63,207 nt of DNA, filler included, from Stramenopiles sp. TOSAG23-3 (GCA_900128585.1; 5 parts of 5 records of this genome joined end to end with filler, not necessarily neighbours in it); one strand, 5' to 3'; shown: positions 49,900 to 61,131, numbered from the whole stretch's first letter. A program made the numbers and translations. Notes: a model not told the origin generated them from the letters alone.

Positions 49900-51033
49900 A
49901 TGGCAACTGGCCAAGAAGGTTTGCACCTTCCTGTGGGGGGTGCAAACGAACAAATATTGTTAGATTTAGACAATGAAAAGTGCGAAGCACTATTCTTAGG
50001 TGTAAAGTACAGTCCTTGTTCTTCTAGAATTCTCACTGTGTACAATAGTACTGCGGTTGTGATGGGTACTGGGGCTGCGGCAAATGCGACTGCGAATTAT
50101 GTGAACGAGCCAGGGCGTATTTATGATTTTTGTTGGTATCCGCTGTGCGCACAAGCTGGGGAAGCTTCGAGTTATTTTCTTACCTCTGGCAATGGGTACC
50201 CGGTTCATCTATGGAGTGCGCGTGGGGAAAACGTTGCTACTTTGACAAGCTCGTTCTCTATCTACGACCCGAACGAGCAATTGCAGTCCGCGATGTCTTT
50301 AACCTTTAACGCACACGGCAGCAGTGTCTACGCTGGCTCTTTCGGAAAAGTGTCGACATTCGACGTCTCTCGGCCGGGCCGGCCGTTGACAGAAAGATAC
50401 ACGTCTGGTAACGACCGCAGTGGTGGAATTGTGTCTGCAATAGAATTCAATCCAGACTTTTCCGGGATTTACGCAGTCGGGTCATACACTGGTACGGTAT
50501 CTCTATACGAGGAACGAACGGGGGACTTGCTGAAAGAAGTCGAAGCCACGGAGGGCAATCGATCGATTCATAAGAATGGAGTTAGCCACCTTCAGTGGAC
50601 ACGCGACGGCCGCTACCTTCTGAGTGGGGGGCGAAAGGATAGTGCAGTGCGTGTTTTTGACATCCGAGGGTCTGGGTCCATGCTGTTTGAGCTTTCCCGT
50701 CCATCCTCGACGAATCAGCGTCTCTATTTTGATATCGACACCGCTGCCAAACACGTGTATGCAGGAGCGACGGACGGCTACGTGTACGTATACAGTTTGG
50801 ACACCGGAGAGTTGGTCTGCGTTTGGACAAGAGACGGGAAAAAGCTTAGCGCGCCCGATATGTTGCCCACAAACACCATGCCGCCTGTAAACGGGGTAAG
50901 CCTGGGAAAGGACAGTGCATCCATGGCAATAACAACGGGCTGCAGACGGTTTGCTGGGTACGACTCTTCCGACGAGGACAATCTGCCCGATAACGGTGGG
51001 GGCTGGAACCAGCTGCTTGTACACAGGCTGTGA
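49900..51033 (+). CDS. WRAP53: WD40 protein, telomerase Cajal body protein 1 (WRAP53/TCAB1) homologue
   Basis: IYDFCWYP, PVHLW, FDVSRPGR, YAVGSY, GVSHLQW..LLSGGRKD..FDIR, STNQRLYFDID. Confidence 0.85.
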   Translation: MATGQEGLHLPVGGANEQILLDLDNEKCEALFLGVKYSPCSSRILTVYNSTAVVMGTGAAANATANYVNEPGRIYDFCWYPLCAQAGEASSYFLTSGNGYPVHLWSARGENVATLTSSFSIYDPNEQLQSAMSLTFNAHGSSVYAGSFGKVSTFDVSRPGRPLTERYTSGNDRSGGIVSAIEFNPDFSGIYAVGSYTGTVSLYEERTGDLLKEVEATEGNRSIHKNGVSHLQWTRDGRYLLSGGRKDSAVRVFDIRGSGSMLFELSRPSSTNQRLYFDIDTAAKHVYAGATDGYVYVYSLDTGELVCVWTRDGKKLSAPDMLPTNTMPPVNGVSLGKDSASMAITTGCRRFAGYDSSDEDNLPDNGGGWNQLLVHRL

Positions 51034-51063
51034 AATGCGGCATTAGTGGTGAGATATAATCTA

Positions 51064-51085
51064 ACAAGAAAAATTTGGCTGTTAT
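51064..51085 (+). repeat. Dispersed 20-nt element copy D, 30 nt after the WRAP53 stop
   Basis: ACAAGAAAAATTTGGCTGTTAT (two single-base insertions). Confidence 0.8.
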
Positions 51086-51520
51086 TTTTTATATTATCTA
51101 AAAATATCTCGTACTACACGCGAATTTATTAAACTTAGGTGATGATGTGCGAACAAACTGTAAGTTAATGCAGTAATAAATTTAAGGGGTTAAGTCTTGA
51201 GTTTTACAAGTTATATTATAAGTACGCACCTAATATCGAAAACTCGATTTATTCAGTTTTACTCAATTAGTTTTTTTTCAGTTTTACTCATATCATATGT
51301 TATTTGTTTTTTATCAAAGTTATGCTTGAGATTTTTACTTTAAATTTATATTGAAAACAGTTTAATAAGAATACCGTGTAATATTGGTGCCCGTAGGTAG
51401 CGGTAGCCCTTTCTCTAGCTATCTTTACCTACGCACTGGTTCGAAAGGCTGCGATTGCGCAACGTACACGTTTTTCGTTCATCGCCAAGAGGGGGGAACG
51501 AACGCATGGAACCTTTGGAT

Positions 51521-52234
51521 TTACAAATTTCCGGCGTAGAAGCATAGGCCACCAACGACGGCGATTCCGTAGACTTTGCTGCCCAAGTGGTTGAACCAGG
51601 CAATTGGGTTTAGCCCGTGCATGAATACAATGCAAAGCATACATTGGCCAAGGACGATCCATTGGAACCATGCCCTCAAGCCGTCCTTGGTGCTTTTCGG
51701 CGGGTTGTGCGACAAGTTTGCGCACAGTACCATGCAGACAGTGTAAGTCATTATGTTCGATTTGTCGCCTGAACTTCCGTACATAACACCCCCGTAGCCC
51801 ATCAAAACTCCCGCGTCGTGGCCCATCAAAACTACCGCGTTGTCTAGGCAGAACATGAAAAGGAGGGTTCCATATATCATTCGTTGTCGTTGAGTTCCGT
51901 TCATTTTCTCCTTCTTGGAGCTGCCAGACCACGCGTTGGCTAGGTGGAAGAGGCCCAAAACTAGGTTGACCATGGCAACCATTCCATTTTCAGCACCAAA
52001 ACCGCTACCGCTTTGGCGCAAGCAGAAGCAGAGAAATGCCCAGTAGGAACTTCGGTTTTTGTTTTGCCTTGGAACATACCGTTCAACGTACGCGACCATG
52101 ATCAGAGCAAGACCGAAGAACTGGGAGGAGTTACCTTCCTCGACACCGTAGGTGTGTGCCCACTGCGCGTTACGTGCGAGAAGGGCAAGGCCACTGAAGG
52201 CCGTGGCGTAGTTTGTGACGCTGTTTAAGCTCAT
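51521..52234 (-). CDS. Multipass membrane protein of unknown function
   Basis: 237-aa ORF with about seven or eight hydrophobic segments; distant similarity to the C-terminal domain of 54988..56223. Confidence 0.65.
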   Translation of the reverse strand: MSLNSVTNYATAFSGLALLARNAQWAHTYGVEEGNSSQFFGLALIMVAYVERYVPRQNKNRSSYWAFLCFCLRQSGSGFGAENGMVAMVNLVLGLFHLANAWSGSSKKEKMNGTQRQRMIYGTLLFMFCLDNAVVLMGHDAGVLMGYGGVMYGSSGDKSNIMTYTVCMVLCANLSHNPPKSTKDGLRAWFQWIVLGQCMLCIVFMHGLNPIAWFNHLGSKVYGIAVVGGLCFYAGNL

Positions 52235-52639
52235 TGCCAGTAGAAACGTAAAGTTAAAGTGTCAAAGATAAATATTGTTATTTTCTTTCTTAAGACTGAT
52301 TTGAATAGTATTATTTCTTTCTTTCTTCCTCTCTTGTTCAATATTTATTTTGTTTCAATTCCATCCCCTCGTTCGTTCACATTCCTCCCCTCGCATATAA
52401 GTCATCTCCACAAACTGACAGTTTTGTAGTATTCGTAGTTGAAGTTGCATGATAATAAATATATAATAATAATACTAATTAATTAAAAAAAATAAATATG
52501 ATGACGACATCATCATATCATCATACATCATCAAAAGTTGTTTTTCTTCTTCTTCTTATATATAATCGAAGAGTAGTTTTTCTTCTCTAATGCTGTATAC
52601 CTGTTATTAAGGAAGATAAAAATCCAAAAAGAGTCTTCC

Positions 52640-52662
52640 TTTCTTTCTTTCTTTCTTTCGAC

Positions 52663-52702
<40 letters not shown>

Positions 52703-52780
52703 TCGACTCTTTCTTTCTTCGACTCTTTCTTTCGACTCTTTCTTTCTTTCTTTCTTTCTTTCGACTCTTTCTTCTTTCTT
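52640..52780. repeat. (TTTC)n microsatellite interrupted by GACTC
   Basis: Direct reading. Confidence 0.85.
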
Positions 52781-53407
52781 CCGTTGTTTTTTTTTGTTTT
52801 AATTAATTTTTTATTTGCTGTGCTGTGTTGATGTTATTTCAACACAATTACTATTGTACGCCATTGTAATACGATGTAAAATTTTCAAACTATAAATCTA
52901 CGAACTAACTGTACAGAGGAGATTCATTACTTTTTAACTTTGAACAACATAGAAAATAATAAATAAAAGGTGAATAGAAGGAATATGTAGTAAATTCATC
53001 CATCCTTCCTTGCTTCTACAATAAAAATAGCAAAGCAGAGCTGGCGGATTGCAAACAACATTTAAGGATGGATAGAACCATCAATCAATTACTTCTAATT
53101 ATATTAGAAAAGTAAAAGAACGGACTATAATGCTGTGAATATATGGCGTTTCTTTTCTACTTCGTTTCTTATTGGAGTATAATGCTATGATCTTATTATT
53201 TATATCGATCGGTTTTCTCTGTCCATATCGAAATTGCTTTTGCTCCTTAATCTGATATTTTAGTAACAACACCATAGAAAAGAAAGACCAGGAAAGAAGA
53301 AAGAGGTTTCCAAATTAAAGAACTACGAGGCGTATAGGAACCAAATTAGAAGAGAATTATAACAGGAGAAGAGCAGAAGGAAGGAAAAAGAAAGAAAGAA
53401 AGAAATA

Positions 53408-53545
53408 AGGAAAGGAAAGAAGAGAAGTCCACGGAAGAACAAAGAAAGAAATGAAGAAAGGAAAGAAGACAAGTCCACGGAAGAACAAAAAAAGAAAGAA
53501 ATGAAAGGAAAGAAGACAAGTCCATGGAAGAACAAAAGAAATGAA
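53408..53545. repeat. Minisatellite, three ~50-nt units (GAAAGGAAAGAAGACAAGTCCACGGAAGAACAAA..)
   Basis: aagtcca(c/t)ggaagaacaaa recurs three times. Confidence 0.8.
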
Positions 53546-54987
53546 AGCATGTCCAATTATAACAGTACAATAGCTTTTAAATATTGTATTTACTAGGTTC
53601 ACAGCGGGGAACGAACATTCACCTCCTTCTATTGTGCTTAAATACATTACACAGTATTGAATATAATTTATTTAACTTCTACCTAATTTTTTCTTGTTTT
53701 TCTTCTCTCGTTCTCTTCTAAAAATATAACGATATTATATTAATATGACAATAGCATTGAAAAAAATTCAAATTTGATCTTTTCCCTTCGTCCCATACTT
53801 TTTCCCCCCAATTACATCGATCTGCTTCCGATGACCCTCCCCTTCCTACTTCGTACTAATTGATCAGTTGATTGTTCAATTAAGTGCTATTTCTATATTA
53901 CATTCGAACGTAACAAACAAGATGCCACTTCTTCTTCTCTCTTTCTGCACTCTGCACACACACTCATACCAGGCGTTTCATTCGTTTAAATTTGCTCTTT
54001 CGATTCTTTTCTTTCTATTTTTTAAATTAAACGCCGTTTGTGATTATATTACTTAATTAAAGTATAATAAGTTAAATTAAATTAAAATCAACCGACCCTC
54101 CTTCTTCCATTTCTGTTAGTTAGTTAAAAAGGGGATGTAGGCATATTTATGCCAATGCTATTTTAATATTAAAATTTAATTTACTCCTCAATTTAAAATG
54201 GAAAGGTAAAGTAGAAGAAGAAAAAAAAGAAAATATATAAGTTAACACAAAATACAGGTGCTGTGTAATGTACTTTAATTATAATGTATGTAGTAGGAAA
54301 AAAAACATCAAGTAAAAAGTAAGGTGATAGATGTATACAAATTATACTTTAGAAAACACGTTTCTTAATATAATTGATCATAATGAACAATAAAAAAAGA
54401 AATGATAAATAATATGGAAAGTATTTCATTATTCCTTAATTAGTAACTTTTTTGAAGAAGGAAGAAGAAACGTCAAAAAAAAAAACAATTTCGTTTCTTA
54501 TTACATTTAATATGGAAATACCATTGAGCGTTACTGATACCAATCCCTACACATCTGCCTTCCTCACCTCTTCTAAAATAAAAATGTAAAAATATAAAAT
54601 ACTTAAAGTTAAGAATTGAACAATCTAGCATAACATAGCTATAGCACAACATAAAATAACTGATCGTGTTTAATTAAAGGAAAGAAGAGAAGTATTGTTC
54701 TCTTTTTTTTTTAAATAATAAAAAATGTAGCAGAGTACGAGACAGAAGTCACCACACATTGAAACAACCTTTGTTGTGAGTTCGCTTTGTTCGACATTGA
54801 AACGAACATTCGGAGTGGAGGACGTATGATTGATGCACATTGACGACATTGTTCATGGACAGTAAACAATTGAAAGATTATCGGAACCATTCAAACAGGA
54901 ATATTACACACAATCATAGATTTTTAATTTATTATCAACAGATAGTCCTCTTGACACAAAAAAAAACAAGTTCTATACATAAACAAC

Positions 54988-56223
54988 ATGGTATCTACAA
55001 GACGAACCCGCTCTACCAAGGGCAGTAAATCCCCGGCGAAAAGAAAGAGCAAGAGCCCTGCCCCAAAGAAAAAAGCGCCGGCGAAGAAGAAGGCAGCAGC
55101 TAAGAAGAAGAGCAAGAGCCCTGCCCCAAAGAAGAAAACGCCAGCGAAGAAGAAGGCGGCAGCGAAGAAGAAGAGCAAGAGCCCTGCCCCAAAGAAGAAA
55201 ACACCAGCAAAAAAGAAAACGCCTGCCCGCGCCAAGTCCCCAGCCCGCAGAGCCAAGTCCCCCGCGAAGAAGGCCACACCGAAGAAGAAGGCCACCCCAG
55301 TAAAGAGAGCATCCCGTGCCAAGACTCCATCGCCTTCCCGAGCCACCCGATCGTCCGCCCGTGTAGCGAAGAAAGCCGCAGCGTCCACACCGGCCAGTTC
55401 TTCCTCTGCAGGACCGCTTCCATTTAGTGGCGCACAGGTATACCAGTACACCAACACTTTCGTTATGGTCCTTGGTCTTCTCTTAGCCGTTCCGCAATCA
55501 GTAAGTTTCCCTTCCACCATTTTCCTCGCACTCATTCCGCTCCCGAGCAGCATTGCTAACACATTTACGTTTTCACAGGCATCTTTCGTTCAAGGATATC
55601 TTTTCGGCGCGGATGACATGGCGACTTTCGGCGCTCTCGCGTTCTGCTTGGCTTACAATAACCTCTACGGAGCGCAGTACGCAAACGTCGCCACCGCCAA
55701 TGGATCAGCAGCGTTCATGTTCGCCGCTTGGGCAGGCCTCAACCACAACACTGGAGGACAAACCACCACCACTGCCGCATTTGCACTATTCGCCATCCTA
55801 AACTTTTTTGGCGCCTACGGCCAAGATACCCGCTCTGCCAGTGGAAGTGATTCCCAGAAACTCGTATGGTACTTGTCGAGCTTCGGTTGGTCCCTTGACT
55901 CGATGAAAGTACTTGCTACTGGCACTGCCTCGTTCACTTCCTTGAACGGCCAAACCGCCACTGTGAACCGCATGACTGCACTTCTAGTACTTGCTGCATG
56001 TGGAAGCGCCCTTCGTAGTCCCAACGCTGACCTAGGTGCTGCCCTCAAAAGTCAACGCAGTATGTTTTTAAACTACATCATTCTTGTTGGTTTGGTTGCC
56101 CCAATCCTCGGAGGTTCGGATGGGTTGAATCTTGATGTTGTATCGCACTTGAAAGGTGCGGCCAACAACGACCAACTACGAGCAGTATTCGCCAACTGGG
56201 TTGTTAACTGGTTCCTTTCGTAA
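54988..56223 (+). CDS. Histone-H1-like basic tail (KSKSPAPKKK repeats) fused to a multipass membrane domain
   Basis: About 140-aa K/A/P/S/R-rich N-terminus with a 63-nt repeat (55045, 55108, 55171); hydrophobic C-terminal ~270 aa. Confidence 0.75.
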   Translation: MVSTRRTRSTKGSKSPAKRKSKSPAPKKKAPAKKKAAAKKKSKSPAPKKKTPAKKKAAAKKKSKSPAPKKKTPAKKKTPARAKSPARRAKSPAKKATPKKKATPVKRASRAKTPSPSRATRSSARVAKKAAASTPASSSSAGPLPFSGAQVYQYTNTFVMVLGLLLAVPQSVSFPSTIFLALIPLPSSIANTFTFSQASFVQGYLFGADDMATFGALAFCLAYNNLYGAQYANVATANGSAAFMFAAWAGLNHNTGGQTTTTAAFALFAILNFFGAYGQDTRSASGSDSQKLVWYLSSFGWSLDSMKVLATGTASFTSLNGQTATVNRMTALLVLAACGSALRSPNADLGAALKSQRSMFLNYIILVGLVAPILGGSDGLNLDVVSHLKGAANNDQLRAVFANWVVNWFLS

Positions 56224-56558
56224 TGCATTAGCGATAATTAGGTATTGCAAAGCGAGTATGCGGCTGCATGGGCACGGAAACGCAGCACATATGTGCAGCC
56301 TACTGCCCTAGTATGAGACGTCTGAACGCATTTGCATCGGGGTATTACGGGTGGGGTTGTGGGAGCGCGCCGCGTGCACCAACCTACACGTAACGTATGA
56401 TAAGTTATTTACGATAGCAAGATATGCACATGTTATTTTATGTTTATGTGTTCCAAATAAATAATTATAATCAGTCCTGGAGCGAGTCAATGCCGCCTCC
56501 CGCTAAGCTCTTATCACTTGGGATACTTACCTAAATACTGCCGAGGAAAAGAAACTGA

Positions 56559-56578
56559 ATAACAGCCAATTTTCTTGT
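56559..56578 (-). repeat. Dispersed 20-nt element copy E, 60 nt after the stop at 56639
   Basis: Minus strand ACAAGAAAATTGGCTGTTAT exact. Confidence 0.85.
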
Positions 56579-56638
56579 TTAAAAAAAAAACTGAGGCACG
56601 TGAACATAGACTTAAGTACTTTTATTTGCCTTGCGTGT

Positions 56639-58901
56639 TTATGTATCGAAATGCTCAAGGAAGTTCTGTATCGGTTTCAAGTCCTGCCCGGAGGATAGCC
56701 AGACGAAGCACAGTGGGAGCAGAAGGATCAGGGCCCCAATCGCTACGGAGACGAGGATGGCCAGGGTGCCACCGCAAATTCCATACCCATTTGACTTCGC
56801 AAGCTCGTATATTTTCTTGATCTTATCTTCTAGCTCTTCTTCGTCCTGTTCCAAGATCGCATCGATCTGGCGCTGAACTTCGTCGCATTTGCTTCTATAC
56901 TTTTCGTCCTGCTCTCGCACACAGTGGTGATACGATTTGTCAAATTCTTCGTGCATTCGCAAAATGTGATCCCCTGACTTGGATTGCCTGGAGACGTACT
57001 GTTCCAAGTACAGTGACTCTAGGATATTGTCGTGTACACGCTCCGATATTTGGCACGCATTGGCGATAAAATGTAGACGTTTTGTGATGTCGTTTATCTC
57101 CCCAACCCTGTGCGCCGTGCCCAACGCTTTCAAACGCGTTTGGAGTTCAACGAGGGGGGAGACCCTACTCTTCAGGGGGGGGGGCAGGTTTAGCAGGCAA
57201 GGGCTCATTTCTAGGTTCATTTGATTCGTTCGCGATAGGTTCAGCAGCGCTCTCCTGTTTTTCGTTTGCACCGGTCGGCTCCCCTACGGTGTCTGCTGGC
57301 GGTGGTATTTCCTTCTCCGCTTCGCCGTTGGCATCGGCGTTTCCACTTTTGGGCGAAACATTTGTTTTGCGCACGGGAATAAATCGGAAACCGATTTTGA
57401 CGTACCCTTTGTGCGATCTATCGCGCATATTAGCAATAACTTTCAAACTAACCTGACTTGAACGTGGCGACGCAACTACAGAGATAGCATCAATCACGCC
57501 GGTGCCCAGCAACTTGTCGCTCTTGTTTTCTCTCTCTGCGTAAATTAGTACAGAGAGTTGGGCCCGGTTCCCAGCCGCCGCGCCCCCGGGGAAAGTGAAC
57601 GTCTTAATGTTGCGATCGTCGTTCTCCGAGGTCCATTTCACAACGTTCCTTCTCAGCAATCCTGGAGAACTGCGTAAATCCGTCAGAGCACTTCCAGGTG
57701 TTTCGTCCCATAAGCACTTCAGAATTACAAAAAGCGTCGGATCGCCAAACAGGATGCTTGACACACCTCTGAATTCTCCACTTTGGACTTCTACTTCCAG
57801 CGAGCCTGGCGGTATGCTATCAATTAAGGATCCGGGGGAATCGGCCGACAGTGTGGGCAACAGTGCGACTTCGCTGTTGGCGCTACTTTGGCTGATGTTA
57901 ACGATCTCCCTGTCGTCTCCTAAACTCACTTCGATCGCCGTGTCGTTTTCCACGTCCTTGCTAGCATCATCCCATTGCAGTAAATCCATGCCTGCACTAA
58001 AGTATAGGGACTTGATCAAGTCTACTAGCTTGGGCGCCAAAAAGTCATCAATATTGTTGTCAATGAGGTGGTTTCCAGCAACTTCCGAGCTGTCAAGGTA
58101 CCCTATGATTATTACTTGTATTTTATGCTTGGTTCGATAATCGATTTTTCCTTTTATTCGAAGCCACTTTTTTACCAAATTACAAACCAACGGGTCCAAA
58201 TACTCGTGGGCGTGAGCCTCCGATTCACACTCTGCATCGTCCGAACGGTACTCTTCTATAATCTTCCTGACCGAATGTTTCATTTCTCCCTCCACCATTG
58301 CCAAGTACTCCTCCTTTGTGTAAATATGAGATTCATATTTTGCTCTCCATACGTCCAGTCTATCGCCGGAGCTATACCGTTTGTGCTTACTTTCCGCACT
58401 ATCGCTTTTAAGAGCTGTCTCTTCGATGGAAATCGACGGTGGGGATGGTGTTGCAGACGACGCCAACTTCTGGTGCCCCCTCTGGTCTTTAGCGCGAAGG
58501 TTGGGAGAAACGGCATTCATGATAGTTGATCCAATAGTAGACCCAATCTTCCGATATCTCCTGCTGTCCGTTCTTCCTTGGCTCAGTCCATCCGGGGAGC
58601 TGTCTGGGGTTGAGAGTGCTCTAGGAAGGGCATGTGTATGCCTTCGAGTTTTTGTATCGGCTTCCTCTTCCTGGCCTGTAATAGTATCATGCACGTTATC
58701 ACTAGTCCAACCTTCATGCGTTTCGTTTCGACGTCGCGAGCCGCGTTTCCGACCCGTGCTCCCAGGGACGGCATTAAACAAAGGAGACAGTGCACTTGCG
58801 TCCAACCCACTCTCGTCTCGGCTCACCGCACTCCGACGATTTGAACTGCGACTCTTGCTATTCTTTCTACTAATTTTCAAAAGTTTTTTTACATGGAACA
58901 T
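56639..58901 (-). CDS. C2-like-domain protein with C-terminal membrane anchor; apparent frameshift at G10 run 57175-57184
   Basis: C2-like GSLEVEVQSGEF..DPTLFVIL..LSVLIY..DKLLGTGVI; removing one base from the homopolymer joins ORF 57165..58964 to ORF 56639..57271 (coiled coil plus TM helix). ATG at 58901. Confidence 0.6.
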
Positions 58902-59054
58902 TGTGCCCAATCGTGTACTTACAAACCACAATGTTTTTTTCTTGAACGGACAGTTTCTTTCCACTAAACATGTACAATCATTTTTAATCGCAATGAATTC
59001 TACTAAAGGTCGGCATCTGTTATTTTAACTCAAGAACGAAGATATTATTATACT

Positions 59055-59154
59055 NNNNNNNNNNNNNNNNNNNNNNNNNNNNNNNNNNNNNNNNNNNNTT
59101 AATTAATTAANNNNNNNNNNNNNNNNNNNNNNNNNNNNNNNNNNNNNNNNNNNN
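59055..59154. other. Artificial contig linker, followed by a (GAAA)n microsatellite to about 59230
   Basis: N44-TTAATTAATTAA-N44. Confidence 0.95.
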
Positions 59155-59156
59155 GA

Positions 59157-59231
<75 letters not shown>

Positions 59232-59639
59232 CAGGCGAACCCCTCCCCTGTCCCCTGTTGTGGCTGTGATATTATATTATTCAATATACTATTATATAGT
59301 ACTACTATTATAATGTATTTTAGATTACCAGATGATGATGGACTTCCAATTGGTACCGTAATAATAATGTAATAATAGAAGATCTCTTTTTTTTCCACAG
59401 TTTTCACAAGCAACCGGACCGGACCGACCGACACCGACCGACGAGTTGTTCAATTTTTTCCTTCCAATAAAATAATCTCCGTATACATACAATGGATTTC
59501 AAAATACCATTTTTGTATTACGTCTTCCTCATAGAGAACATTACCAGGACTAACTGAATATTTTGAAGGTCGCTGGAACGTTTGTCGACGTCGGCCCCGC
59601 ACCACCACCACCTCTCTGGCCGAGATAGGCTCGTTGAGA

Positions 59640-60191
59640 ATGCCGTCAACCCGAACTCTTGCGACACTTTTGCTTGCATTTTTCTTTTTGTTCGATGCTT
59701 ACATTAAGAGCATAGATGCTACCTACATTGACTTTATGAAGTTCAAGTATGAAAGGTATTATTTGGCGAACTCCTCCAACTGGCATGGGAAAGTCCATGT
59801 GTATATTTGGTTGGAAATCGCTTGTACATATATCGGCTCTTCGATGCTGCTCTGTGTCCCTTTCCCGCGTGTGCAACGGTATGGCGCACTGCTCCTAATG
59901 GCGGTGTTTGTCCCAGTATCCATCGTCGCGCACCCTTTCTATGCCAAGTACAAATTTCGCAAGAATCCTTTTATTCAATTCTCCAAGCACGTTGCGATTT
60001 TTGCCGGGCTGCTCCTTCTTTACAGAGATTTAACCCCTTCAACCGACGGCGCAGACTCGGAAAAGAACCCGGTCGACGACCCCGGGCGTAAAGGGACACC
60101 GGGGCATCCCAAGTTTGCAAGTGCAACGGACGGTGGAGATTATGAACTGCGCCGTCGAATAAGGGCAGGGGGTGCGTGGTCTCAAAAATAA
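59640..60191 (+). CDS. DoxX/SURF4-like small multipass membrane protein
   Basis: Four hydrophobic segments; GALLLMAVFVPVSIVAHPFY..FSKHVAIFAGLLLL. Confidence 0.65.
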   Translation: MPSTRTLATLLLAFFFLFDAYIKSIDATYIDFMKFKYERYYLANSSNWHGKVHVYIWLEIACTYIGSSMLLCVPFPRVQRYGALLLMAVFVPVSIVAHPFYAKYKFRKNPFIQFSKHVAIFAGLLLLYRDLTPSTDGADSEKNPVDDPGRKGTPGHPKFASATDGGDYELRRRIRAGGAWSQK

Positions 60192-60253
60192 TAGGCGCGT
60201 AAGCTTACTAATTTAACGTTTTACACAGTATTAATTTATTTATATATATTTTT

Positions 60254-60985
60254 TTAATTTATTTTGTCAGCTTTCAACTCACGCTCAAACAGCCCTGTGG
60301 TCGTTGAGAGCAGAGAAGATTTGTCGTACAAGTACACGTACTGGCTGGTGGCCATGTTCCCCTTACCAAGCTCAAGCTTTTCCTTCTCCTGCAGAAAGCT
60401 AATCCCCCACCCAATCGTCACCAGCCGGCACGCCCCCCCTTTTCCCAAGTGCTTCAGAAACATGTCCTTCAGTATTGGCAACGACTCTGGCAGCAAAAAG
60501 CATATCATTAGCGTCACAGAGTCCAACGCGTCCCCGCAGTTGGTCGCGTCACCGTAAAATATGTTGACGCGGTCGTCCACCTTTCTATCCTTGGCATTTT
60601 GTTGGCCAATCGCCACCAGGCTTTCGTCAATTTCGATACCAAGCCCACACTTTGCTTGGAAGCGTTGGACTGCCCAGATCGGTATTCTCCCGTCTCCACA
60701 CCCGACGTCACACACCGTGTCCTCGGTCGATACATTCGCAAAGAGGAACAAGTCGTCCAGCCATACCCCGGGCGTTGGGAGAAACGGGGCCAACGAGTCT
60801 CCGTCCAACCATTTTGGAAAAGGGCTTTCGTCCTCATCGCTGTCCTCGACGTCATCCAAGAATACTTCGACTCCTTGCACAATCTGCTTTCCATCTTTCG
60901 CCATCCTTTCCCCGCCACCGTTCTCTGCTTCATTACATTCGTTCCCTAAAATTCCTCCCTCTCCAACAGCAGCGAACTCGCTCAT
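60254..60985 (-). CDS. Class I SAM-dependent methyltransferase, FAM173/ANTKMT-like
   Basis: LAPFLPTP, VCDVGCGDGRIPI, GLGIEIDESLV, FLLPESL; likely ATG at 60985. Confidence 0.8.
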   Translation of the reverse strand: MSEFAAVGEGGILGNECNEAENGGGERMAKDGKQIVQGVEVFLDDVEDSDEDESPFPKWLDGDSLAPFLPTPGVWLDDLFLFANVSTEDTVCDVGCGDGRIPIWAVQRFQAKCGLGIEIDESLVAIGQQNAKDRKVDDRVNIFYGDATNCGDALDSVTLMICFLLPESLPILKDMFLKHLGKGGACRLVTIGWGISFLQEKEKLELGKGNMATSQYVYLYDKSSLLSTTTGLFERELKADKIN

Positions 60986-61131
60986 GGCTCCCTGTAAACG
61001 AAGTAACGCGCGTCGGTTGAAATTTTCACCAGCGCTGGACCACAAGATATGCGCACAGACAAGAGCAACACCGCGCCGTAGCACAATACAACTGTTCTGC
61101 GAAAACTGCTTCTTTTTCTTTCTTCTGATTG

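Noticed and set aside
53408-53545. Three spaced repeats as a possible CRISPR-like array
   Set aside because: Units are contiguous low-complexity minisatellite with no unique spacers or cas genes, in a eukaryotic context.
53323-53647. Hydrophobic F/L/S-rich ORFs in spacers (also 14205, 42589, 9122)
   Set aside because: Translations of purine/pyrimidine microsatellites.
56523-56580. ATACTTACCT (U1 snRNA 5' end) followed by an Sm-like AATTTTCTTG
   Set aside because: Lacks U1 stem-loop I and II motifs and is far too short; equally reads as a 5' splice-site consensus on the minus strand with no supportable intron.
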